From assembly GCA_018001935.1 (NCBI GenBank), contig JAGNHB010000046.1, forward strand, positions 1 to 32,000: 32,000 nt of DNA, read 5' to 3'. Positions 16,823 through 24,208 of this stretch are shown here, piece by piece. The position numbers and the translations under genes are program-made. The DNA is from Acidobacteriota bacterium (lineage in GTDB: Bacteria; Acidobacteriota; JAAYUB01). The notes under the pieces were generated by a model. That model was not told the DNA's origin and searched no databases. It saw only the letters and a list, made by a program, of their open reading frames with translations. Every line of letters begins with the position of its first letter. The first letter of the stretch is position 1.

Positions 16823-18129
16823 ACGAAACGCTTTCCCCCAACACCCAGGCGGTTCTCCTTCTGACCGCCCCCCTCCTGGCCGGACGGGCCGGGCCGTCAC
16901 CCGACGTTCTGACACCGGGGGAGTACAAGCGTTTGGCGCGCTTCCTCCAGGAGCGGAAGCGCCAGCCATCCGACCTGTTGTCACCGGACGGCCCGGGGCT
17001 GGCCGCGGAGTGCGGGCGGGTCGTCGACCCCGGCAGGCTCCAGCGCCTCCTCTCCCGGGGCTTCCTGCTGAGCCAGGCGGTGGAACGCTGGCAGGCCCGG
17101 GCGATTCGGGTGGTGAGCCGCTCCGACGCCGCATACCCCCAGCGCTTGAAGTCCCGGCTCCGCGAGGATTCCCCCCCGCTGCTCTACGGTTGTGGGGATT
17201 TCTCGCGGCTCGACGCGGGCGGACTGGCCATCGTGGGCTCCCGTCACGTGGATGCGGCGCTCGCCGCCTGGGCCGAGTCCGCCGGCCGGCTGGCGGCGGA
17301 GACGGGGCGCCCCCTCGTCTCGGGCGGGGCGCGGGGGATCGACCAGGCCGCCATGCGCGGCGCCCTGGAAGCGGGAGGGAGCACGGTGGGCGTCCTGGCG
17401 GACAGCCTGGAACGTTCCGTCCTGGAACGGGAGAACCGGAACCTCCTGCTGGACGGCCGCCTGACCCTGGTTTCGCCCTACGACCCCTCCGCCGGCTTCA
17501 ACGTGGGAAACGCCATGCAGCGGAACAAGCTGGTCTACGCCCTGTCGGACGCGGCCCTCGTGGTCAGTTCCGACCTCGCGAAGGGAGGGACCTGGTCGGG
17601 GGCCGTGGAACAGCTGGACAAGTTGAGACTCGTGCCCGTCTTCGTCCGGGAAGACGGCCCGCCGAGCGAGGGGCTGGCCGCCCTGCGGCGCCGGGGCGCC
17701 CTGCCGTGGCCCTCCCCCTGCACGCCGGCCGCCCTGGAAGCCGCCCTCGCGTCGGCGGAGGCCGAGCGGCGGAAACCGGTCCCCCGGCAGGGCGACCTCT
17801 TCCAGGTGTTCGCGGGAGAACCCGGGACCGCCGCCCCTCCCCGCGACGACGTGCCGGCCGACCGACCCGCGCCCCCCGCTCCCGACGCTGACCCGGACCC
17901 CGGCCCCGCCCCGGCCGGATCCGCCGCCGAGGAGCTTTTCGCCAAGGTGCGGGAACTGCTCTGCCGGGTGCGGTCCCCCCGGGGCGTCACCGAGGTGGCG
18001 GAGGAGCTGAACGTCCTGAAGAGCCAGGCGAAGGCATGGCTGGACCGGCTCGTGGAGGACGGGGTGCTGGAGCTTCACGTCAAGCCCCTGCGGTACGGGC
18101 CGAAAACCCGCCGCAGCCTCCTGGACTAG
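16819..18129 (+). CDS. DprA/Smf-like (SLOG superfamily Rossmann) protein with a Pro/Ala-rich linker and a C-terminal winged-helix domain; PsyrA/ShosA-like candidate antitoxin/sensor
   Basis: DprA pattern YPQRLK...PPLLYGCGD...[11 protein letters not shown]...[33 protein letters not shown]...LTLVSPYDP...[36 protein letters not shown]. The C-terminus [42 protein letters not shown] looks like a wHTH. The ATG overlaps the upstream stop (ATGA at 16819-16822). Confidence 0.85.
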   Translation: MNETLSPNTQAVLLLTAPLLAGRAGPSPDVLTPGEYKRLARFLQERKRQPSDLLSPDGPGLAAECGRVVDPGRLQRLLSRGFLLSQAVERWQARAIRVVSRSDAAYPQRLKSRLREDSPPLLYGCGDFSRLDAGGLAIVGSRHVDAALAAWAESAGRLAAETGRPLVSGGARGIDQAAMRGALEAGGSTVGVLADSLERSVLERENRNLLLDGRLTLVSPYDPSAGFNVGNAMQRNKLVYALSDAALVVSSDLAKGGTWSGAVEQLDKLRLVPVFVREDGPPSEGLAALRRRGALPWPSPCTPAALEAALASAEAERRKPVPRQGDLFQVFAGEPGTAAPPRDDVPADRPAPPAPDADPDPGPAPAGSAAEELFAKVRELLCRVRSPRGVTEVAEELNVLKSQAKAWLDRLVEDGVLELHVKPLRYGPKTRRSLLD

Positions 18130-18139
18130 GGCCCGCGGT

Positions 18140-19120
18140 ATGGACCTGGCGACGTCGGAACGCGCTTTTCCCCTGCTCGGCGTGGTCGGGCCCACCGCCT
18201 CGGGGAAGAGCGCCCTGGCGGTGGAACTGGCCCGGCGCTTCGGCGGCGAGATCGTCAACTGCGACTCCATGCAAGTCTACCGTGGGCTGGACGTGGGCAC
18301 CGCCAAACCCGACGCCGGCCTCCGCCGGGAAATCCCCCACCACGTCCTGGACGTCGCCGACGTGGACGAGGTGTTCTCGGCCGGACGGTACCAGAAACTG
18401 GCCCGCGCGGCACTGGAAGACATCCGGTCCCGGGGGCGGCTGCCCGTGGTGGCGGGCGGGACGGGGTTCTACCTGCGGGCCCTTCTCTACGGCATCTTCG
18501 AGGGGCCGGGGCGGGACGAGGGGTTCCGCCGTCGCCTGCAGACCATCGTCGAACGCCGGGGGCCCGAGACCCTTCATCGCATCCTCGCCCGCCGCGACCC
18601 GGAATCCGCCCGACGGGTCACCCCCCGGGACCACCAGCGCCTCGCCCGCGCCCTGGAGGTGCTCCACCTGACCGGGCGCCCCATGAGCGAGCACTTCGGC
18701 GTCGCGGAGTCGCCCCTGGACGGCTTCTCTCCCCTCCTTCTCTGCCTGGGGCCGCCCAGGGCCGCGCTCTGCGAGCGGATCGACCGGCGCGTCCTCGAGA
18801 TGCTCGACGCCGGGTGGGTGGACGAGGTGCGCGCGCTCCTGGACCGGGGGGTCTCCCCGGCGTCCAAGGGGCTCGAGGCCATCGGGTACCGCGAGATCGT
18901 GGCGTTCCTTCGCGGCGAAGCGACCTGGCTCGCCACGGTGGAAGCCATCCGCGCCGCCACCCGCCGCTACGCCAAGCGCCAGCAGACGTGGTTCCGGAAA
19001 GAGCGGGACCTCGTGCGACTGGAGGGCTTCGGCGACGATCCCTCCCTCCGGGAAGCAGCCTTCCAGCAGGTGGAAACCCGGTTCCCACGCGCCGTCCCGG
19101 CGCGGGCCAATGGGGTGTGA
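18140..19120 (+). CDS. miaA: tRNA dimethylallyltransferase
   Basis: Motifs GPTASGKSALAVELA (P-loop), EIVNCDSMQVYRGLDVGTAKP, HHVLDV, GGTGFYLRALL and YAKRQQTWFR. Starts 10 bp after the DprA-like stop. Confidence 0.92.
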   Translation: MDLATSERAFPLLGVVGPTASGKSALAVELARRFGGEIVNCDSMQVYRGLDVGTAKPDAGLRREIPHHVLDVADVDEVFSAGRYQKLARAALEDIRSRGRLPVVAGGTGFYLRALLYGIFEGPGRDEGFRRRLQTIVERRGPETLHRILARRDPESARRVTPRDHQRLARALEVLHLTGRPMSEHFGVAESPLDGFSPLLLCLGPPRAALCERIDRRVLEMLDAGWVDEVRALLDRGVSPASKGLEAIGYREIVAFLRGEATWLATVEAIRAATRRYAKRQQTWFRKERDLVRLEGFGDDPSLREAAFQQVETRFPRAVPARANGV

Positions 19121-19148
19121 CGTTCCCGCGCGCCGTCCCGGCGCGGGC
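19081..19148. repeat. 27-bp direct repeat (1 mismatch, 41-bp period) straddling the miaA stop codon; each copy holds a GC-rich 7-bp hairpin
   Basis: gttcccacgcgccgtcccggcgcgggc (19081-19107) versus gttcccgcgcgccgtcccggcgcgggc (19122-19148). The internal stem is cgcgccg/cggcgcg with loop tcc. Confidence 0.85.
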
Positions 19149-19465
19149 GTCTGAAGCTTTGACCCTCACGACGTCACCTCCGAAGGGAGGAACCGGGAAC
19201 CAGGACACCGGGACGCGGGCCCGTCAACGCGGGCGCCCGGAACGTTCTTCACCTTCTGAGGTGTTCCCTTTCGATGCAGACGAAAGGGTATGCCACGTTC
19301 CCTCCCCTGACGATGAGGTTCCTGTTGGTCAGATCGTTATGTCTAGCAGAAAACAAAGGTGTTGCGTTCAGTGTCATTATGTCCGCCTGATTTTACAGGC
19401 TTTGGATAGCATCTGGCACCCTGCCGTCGGGCGGTCCGAACAGCGCACTCTCCCCCAACAAAAGA

Positions 19466-19494
19466 TTGAAAACCGCCGGGCGCGGGGCTAAGAT
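19466..19494 (+). promoter_or_regulatory. Candidate sigma70 promoter for guaB (TTGAAA-N17-TAAGAT)
   Basis: Good -35 and acceptable -10 hexamers with 17-bp spacing in the AT-richer core of the 485-bp miaA-guaB spacer. This implies a ~105-nt GC-rich leader. Confidence 0.45.
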
Positions 19495-19605
19495 AGCCCT
19501 TTTACCGGCCCGGGGGCCGCGGTGGGCGGGGGAGCCGCACGGAAGGCGGATCAAGGGGAGCGACGGACCCGGGCGCCGGTTCATCCTGCGCTTCAGGGAG
19601 TCGCC

Positions 19606-21078
19606 ATGGAAAAGATCGTCAAGGAAGGCCTCACGTTCGACGACGTGCTCCTCATCCCGGGGAAGTCCTCGGTCCTGCCCTCGGAAACCGACATCTCCAC
19701 GCCGTTGACGAAGGACATCCGCCTCAACATCCCGCTCCTGTCCGCCGCCATGGACACCGTTACGGAGGCGGTGATGGCCAAGGCCCTCGCCGAGGAGGGC
19801 GGAATCGGTTTCATCCACAAGAACATGAGCATTGAGGAGCAGTGCAACGAGGTGGACATCGTCAAGCGCTCCATCAGCGGCATGATCCTCAACCCGGTCA
19901 CCATCTCCCCGGGGATGCGCATCCAGGACGCCGTGGACCTCATGGACAAGTACAAGATCTCCGGCATCCCGGTGACGGAGGGGCCGGTGCTGGTGGGGAT
20001 CCTCACCAACCGCGACCTGCGCTTCGAGACCCGCATGGACGCCCTGGTGGGCGACCTCATGACCAAGGAGCGCCTGGTGACGGCCGCCATCGGCACCTCC
20101 CTGGAGGACGCCAAGAAATTGCTTCACGCCCACCGCATCGAGAAGCTCCTCATCGTGGACGAGGGCTTCCACCTCAAGGGCCTGATCACCATCAAGGACA
20201 TCCAGAAGCTCATCGCCTACCCCAACGCCTGCAAGGACCGCCACGGGCGCCTCCTGGTGGGGGCCGCGGTCGGGGTCGGGCCCGACGGGATGGAGCGCGC
20301 CGAGGCCCTGGTGGCGGCGGGGGCCGACATCATCGCCATCGACACCGCCCACGGGCACTCCGCCGGCGTCCTGAAGGCCGTGGCGGAGTTCAAGAAGCGC
20401 TTCCCGGCCGTGCCGCTCATGGCGGGGAACGTGGGGACGGCGGAAGCGGTCACGGACCTGGCGGCGGCGGGCGCCGACGTGGTGAAGGTCGGGATCGGCC
20501 CCGGCTCCATCTGCACCACCCGCGTGGTCTCCGGCGCCGGCGTGCCCCAGATCACCGCCGTCCTGGAGTGCGCCGAGGCGGCCGCGCGCCACGGGGTCAC
20601 CGTGGTGGCCGACGGCGGGATCAAGTACTCCGGCGACATCAGCAAGGCCCTGGCGGCGGGCGCCGGCGTGGTCATGATCGGTTCCCTCTTCGCCGGCACC
20701 GACGAGAGCCCCGGCGAGGTCATCTACTACCAGAACCGGGCCTACAAGGCCTACCGCGGCATGGGGTCCCTGGGCGCCATGAAACGGGGGAGCGCCGACC
20801 GCTATTTCCAGGAGAAGAGCCAGTCCCTGGCCAAGCTGGTCCCCGAGGGCGTCGAGGGGCGCGTGCCGTACAAGGGGAGCGTCCGCAACGTCATCTTCCA
20901 GCTCATGGGCGGCCTCAAGGCGGGGATGGGCTACTGCGGCTGCGCCGACCTGGCGGACTTCCGCGCGCGCTCCCGCTTCATCCGCATCACCAACAGCGGC
21001 CTGCGCGAGTCCCACGTCCACGACGTCATCGTCACCCAGGAGGCCCCCAACTACAAGGTGGAATCCCCCACCGCGTGA
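19606..21078 (+). CDS. guaB: IMP dehydrogenase
   Basis: N-terminus [13 protein letters not shown], a tandem CBS insert, [31 protein letters not shown] (catalytic Cys loop), [27 protein letters not shown] and YRGMGS. ATG 19606 follows AGGGAG. Confidence 0.95.
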   Translation: MEKIVKEGLTFDDVLLIPGKSSVLPSETDISTPLTKDIRLNIPLLSAAMDTVTEAVMAKALAEEGGIGFIHKNMSIEEQCNEVDIVKRSISGMILNPVTISPGMRIQDAVDLMDKYKISGIPVTEGPVLVGILTNRDLRFETRMDALVGDLMTKERLVTAAIGTSLEDAKKLLHAHRIEKLLIVDEGFHLKGLITIKDIQKLIAYPNACKDRHGRLLVGAAVGVGPDGMERAEALVAAGADIIAIDTAHGHSAGVLKAVAEFKKRFPAVPLMAGNVGTAEAVTDLAAAGADVVKVGIGPGSICTTRVVSGAGVPQITAVLECAEAAARHGVTVVADGGIKYSGDISKALAAGAGVVMIGSLFAGTDESPGEVIYYQNRAYKAYRGMGSLGAMKRGSADRYFQEKSQSLAKLVPEGVEGRVPYKGSVRNVIFQLMGGLKAGMGYCGCADLADFRARSRFIRITNSGLRESHVHDVIVTQEAPNYKVESPTA

Positions 21079-21093
21079 CCACCGAGGGGATTT

Positions 21094-21275
21094 GAACCAC
21101 GAAATACACGGAATACACGAAAGGAGATGAAGCCTGGAAATCCACGAACAGGTTTTCAAAGGCGAGGGATGATGTTCAAGAAGGCCACCATTCATCGGGG
21201 CGGACCCCTGAACCCCTTCAGCCTAAACCGTTAAAAGCCTGTTCTTGAACCACGAACCACACCAACCACACGAAC
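21094..21275. repeat. Left arm (IR-L) of a ~180-bp imperfect inverted repeat built from CACGAA-type words
   Basis: The reverse complement of 23187-23367 aligns end to end with 21094-21275 at roughly 80% identity by eye. The terminal blocks are near-identical: gaaccacgaaatacacggaatacacgaaaggaga and ccccttcagcctaaaccg.taa.agcct.ttcttgaaccacgaaccacaccaaccacacgaac. Confidence 0.85.
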
Positions 21276-21367
21276 AGGGGCCCTGGGGTTGCAGCCCCGT
21301 AACTGGTGACGCAGGCTCCGGCCTGCGCGGGAAAACAAAGCAAACCCGGAAGCAGAGGTCGGCTGAT

Positions 21368-22231
21368 ATGGAACTAACTTCCCGTGTGAAAATCGGGCTG
21401 CTCCTTCTGGTATGTCTGGCCATCCCGGGGCTTTTCTGGGGTTGCGGGGAGCAACCCGCCCCGCTTCCGGCTTTCACCTGGTGGGATTACAGGCCGTTCC
21501 CTTTGTTGCGGCTGCCGAAAACGCAGTTGGGTACACTGCTGCCGGTCAGACCTCATGGCAACATCTTTCTGACGCTGGACGCCCACGCTGTCCCTTTTCT
21601 CGGCAACAAGCGCATGGTTGATCTGGGGGATCTGTCCGCGCGAATACGTCGATGGAAGGAAATGGAGAGCATTGGACAACCGACCGGTCCCGGACCCCTG
21701 ACTCCGTTATTGTCGCCCTGGAAGCCGGACGGGCGGGACGCCCAGGCCCTGATCGCCCTCGACCCGGCCCTGAAATTCGCCCAGGTGCGCCTCCTGCTCT
21801 CGGCGTGCAGGGCCGCCGGGCTGCCCGACGCCGCCCTGGTCGCCCGTCGGGTTTCTCCCCCCGTAACCATTCCCGATCCGGATGACGAGCTGCTTTTCTG
21901 TCTCAGGTTCCGATGGGAGGAAATCTCCGCGAAGTTTGAGGCTCTCGATTTGCGGCAAGTCCCCCTCTGCAGCTATGCGATCAATTTCCGGACCTCGGCG
22001 TCGCCGGATTCAAGCCCCTGGATCGAACTGACCGCGCAGGGATTGTCTCCCGCGCTTCGGGTTACCGACGGACCCAGGCAAGCGGGGGGTTTAACAAAAG
22101 GACCGGAAGAAACCGGGACGGGTGTAATCTGCATCCATCCCCGGGATGACGCCACCGTGGCCGCTTTTTTCCGGGCGCTCGAGGAATCCGCGAGACAGGG
22201 ATACCAAGCCGTCCTGATTGAAGTAGAATAA
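21368..22231 (+). CDS. Hypothetical lipoprotein (signal peptide with a Cys lipobox-like site)
   Basis: MELTSRVKIGLLLLVCLAIPGLFWGC has a hydrophobic h-region followed by Cys. Two segments (ALIALDPALKFAQVRLLLSACRAAGL and VICIHPRDDATVAAFFRALEESARQGYQAVLIE) weakly resemble ExbD/TolR-type cores by eye. The ORF upstream of 21368 runs into IR-L and is not credible coding sequence. Confidence 0.55.
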   Translation: MELTSRVKIGLLLLVCLAIPGLFWGCGEQPAPLPAFTWWDYRPFPLLRLPKTQLGTLLPVRPHGNIFLTLDAHAVPFLGNKRMVDLGDLSARIRRWKEMESIGQPTGPGPLTPLLSPWKPDGRDAQALIALDPALKFAQVRLLLSACRAAGLPDAALVARRVSPPVTIPDPDDELLFCLRFRWEEISAKFEALDLRQVPLCSYAINFRTSASPDSSPWIELTAQGLSPALRVTDGPRQAGGLTKGPEETGTGVICIHPRDDATVAAFFRALEESARQGYQAVLIEVE

Positions 22232-22343
22232 ACACTTGAGCCGCTGGTTGCAGGCCAGGTTGTGTTGCGTATCAGATTTTAGGAACGGACGGGAAAGGCA
22301 ATTGAAAAAAAAGCCGTAAACCTCATGGAGGCAAGGAGGGAAG

Positions 22344-22811
22344 ATGCGTCGAATCAGGGTGTATGTCGACACTTCCGTATTCGGGGGAATTGAAGACGAG
22401 GAGTTCTCGGATGCGAGTCGGCGGTTTTTCCAACGGGTAGCAGAAGGTGATTATATTGTCTTGATTTCCGAGGAGACCTATCGAGAGCTATCGAAATCAC
22501 CGGAATCAGTTCGTGACATTTTAACGGCTCTACCGTCCGGGTCTCTGGAAGACGTTCTTATCGAATCCGAGACACTTGAATTGGCCGCTGAGTACATCCG
22601 ATCCGGAATACTTGGCGAGGCTTCACGAGGGGATGCGTTGCACGTGGCCGCCGCAACCGTGGCTGGTGCGGACCTCATTCTGAGCTGGAATTTCAAACAC
22701 ATCGTGAATTATAATCGAATCAGGAGATTCAATGGGGTGAATGTCCTGCTGGGCTATCGTTCGATGACGATTCTGAGCCCACGAGAGGTGGGAGATGAAT
22801 CCGAAGAATAA
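22344..22811 (+). CDS. PIN-domain ribonuclease-type toxin (VapC-like)
   Basis: Acidic PIN residues occur in the expected order: VYVDTSVFGG (Asp1), ISEETYRE (Glu), GDALHVAAA (Asp) and LILSWNFKHI. A strong AGGAGGGAAG SD precedes the ATG. Local GC is clearly below the flanks. Confidence 0.75.
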   Translation: MRRIRVYVDTSVFGGIEDEEFSDASRRFFQRVAEGDYIVLISEETYRELSKSPESVRDILTALPSGSLEDVLIESETLELAAEYIRSGILGEASRGDALHVAAATVAGADLILSWNFKHIVNYNRIRRFNGVNVLLGYRSMTILSPREVGDESEE

Positions 22812-23019
22812 AAAGTTCGATTGCGTAGAGATGAAAAACCGGGTTCAGGCAGAACTGATGCGGGAATACGAAGCCCGAAAGTCGGAATTTCCGTCCTACG
22901 AGAGTTTCATCGTCGCCACTGCGGACCAGGACCCCTGGATCGTCTCTGTGCGGGAAAAGATCCGGAAAACCTCCCAAAAAACCAAGTCTACAATACACTC
23001 CCGGAAGAGTGCCGTCTGA
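22795..23019 (+). CDS. Small (74-aa) hypothetical protein overlapping the PIN gene 3' end by 17 nt; candidate cognate antitoxin in reverse gene order
   Basis: The ATG lies within ...gagaggtgggagATGaat, so an SD sits inside the PIN coding sequence. The ORF shares the low GC of the PIN gene. It has a charged helical N-half (VEMKNRVQAELMREYEARKSEF) and no recognised motif. Confidence 0.45.
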   Translation: MNPKNKKFDCVEMKNRVQAELMREYEARKSEFPSYESFIVATADQDPWIVSVREKIRKTSQKTKSTIHSRKSAV

Positions 23020-23186
23020 ACATCGGGGTCCGGCAGATGGTTGAGACCCTTGACCGGGCCCGGCGTGCTGGGGTCGAGGATACCTTCCTGATTCCGGCTC
23101 CTGGAGCTCGACGAGGTCCGCTACGCCATGGAAGGCGATGCGGTTGCCCGCTTCTCACGTTGAATCCCTGCTCAGTTCCAGCTATA

Positions 23187-23367
23187 GTTCGTGTGGTTGG
23201 TGTGGTTCGTGGTTCAAGAATAGGCTGTTAGCGGTTTAGGCTGAAGGGGTTTAGGATTTGACCCGATGAATCGTGGCTTTCCTCAACGTCGTCCCTCGAC
23301 TTTGAAGACCTTTTCGTAGGGCTCCTGGTTTCTTCTCCTTTCGTGTATTCCGTGTATTTCGTGGTTC
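23187..23367. repeat. Right arm (IR-R) of the ~180-bp inverted repeat
   Basis: See IR-L. An additional partial cgtgtatctcgtggtt word follows at 23376-23391. Confidence 0.85.
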
Positions 23368-23417
23368 CTTTCTTTCGTGTATCTCGTGGTTGATAACGCA
23401 TCGTTTTGGAGGTTGAG

Positions 23418-24152
23418 ATGACCCGGTTGAGTGTGAACGTGAACAAGATCGCCCTCCTGCGCAACGCGCGGGGGCCGCTGGCGGAGCCGAACCTGATGGC
23501 CCTCGTCCACAAGATCGTGGGCTGGGGCGCCGACGGCATCACCGTCCACCCGCGGGCGGACCGGCGCCACATCACTCCCGACGACGCCCGGGACGTGGCG
23601 CGGGAGGTGACGAGCGTGGAGACCAATTTCGAGGGGGACGTCCGCGAGGAGTTCCTGGAACTGGTCCTCGCGTGCCGACCCACCCAGTGCACCCTGGTGC
23701 CCGTCAAGCCCGGGGAGCTGACCTCCAACCACGGCTGGGAGTGCGGGCAGTGGGGCTACCTGCTCACGCCGGTGGTGGCCGAGCTGCACCGGGCCGGTGT
23801 CCGCACCAGCATCTTCGTGGAGCCCGACGCTGTCGCGGTGGAGCGGGCCGCCGGCACCGGCACCGACCGGGTGGAGCTCTACACCGAGCCCTACGCCCGG
23901 GCCTTCCGGGAAGGGAACCCGGGGCCCGAGGTCCGCCGGATCGTGGCCGCCGCCGAGGCCGCCCGTCGGCGTGGCATCGCCCTCAACGCCGGCCACGACC
24001 TCACCACCGCCAACCTGGGGATGCTGCTGGACGCGGTGCCGGACATCGCGGAGGTCTCGATCGGCCACCACCTCGTGGCCCAGGCCCTGGAGGACGGCCT
24101 CGAGCGCACGGTGAAGCAGTTCCTCGCCATCTGCCACCGGCCGAGGCCATGA
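23418..24152 (+). CDS. pdxJ: Pyridoxine 5'-phosphate synthase
   Basis: Motifs LSVNVNKIALLRNARG, GADGITVHPRADRRHIT, CTLVP, VELYTEPYA, LNAGHDL and VSIGHHLVAQAL, collinear with E. coli PdxJ. The ATG follows GGAGGTTGAG. Confidence 0.92.
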   Translation: MTRLSVNVNKIALLRNARGPLAEPNLMALVHKIVGWGADGITVHPRADRRHITPDDARDVAREVTSVETNFEGDVREEFLELVLACRPTQCTLVPVKPGELTSNHGWECGQWGYLLTPVVAELHRAGVRTSIFVEPDAVAVERAAGTGTDRVELYTEPYARAFREGNPGPEVRRIVAAAEAARRRGIALNAGHDLTTANLGMLLDAVPDIAEVSIGHHLVAQALEDGLERTVKQFLAICHRPRP

Positions 24153-24208
24153 CGGGGCGTGGAAGGAAAGGCAAAGCCCCGAGACAAGGCGCCCTGACCC
24201 GAAGGGCT

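Noticed and set aside
14642-17134. 830-aa minus-strand ORF antisense to the helicase-PRTase gene. Similar antisense ORFs lie at 13101-14771, 11852-13252, 16981-18270, 19393-21195, 24332-27328 and 27599-31957
   Set aside because: Same reasoning: degenerate RGP-rich composition, no start context, and each lies opposite a gene with strong family motifs.
16819-19120. Cytokinin-like pathway idea: a SLOG (LOG-related) protein immediately upstream of the isopentenyltransferase MiaA
   Set aside because: The protein matches DprA/Smf patterns (GSR...SGGARGID...RN..., plus a C-terminal wHTH) rather than the LOG PGGxGTxxE signature. miaA is a universal tRNA-modification gene, so the adjacency is most simply coincidental.
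19495-19605. Purine or ZTP-type riboswitch in the guaB leader
   Set aside because: GC-rich pairing is possible, but I could not find the conserved junction or loop nucleotides of the purine or ZTP (pfl) motifs by eye. It is retained only as a generic 'long leader' observation.
21094-23367. Autonomous transposon or insertion sequence
   Set aside because: No transposase, integrase or recombinase ORF lies between the inverted repeats, and I saw no target-site duplication. It is reported only as a repeat-bounded cargo segment.
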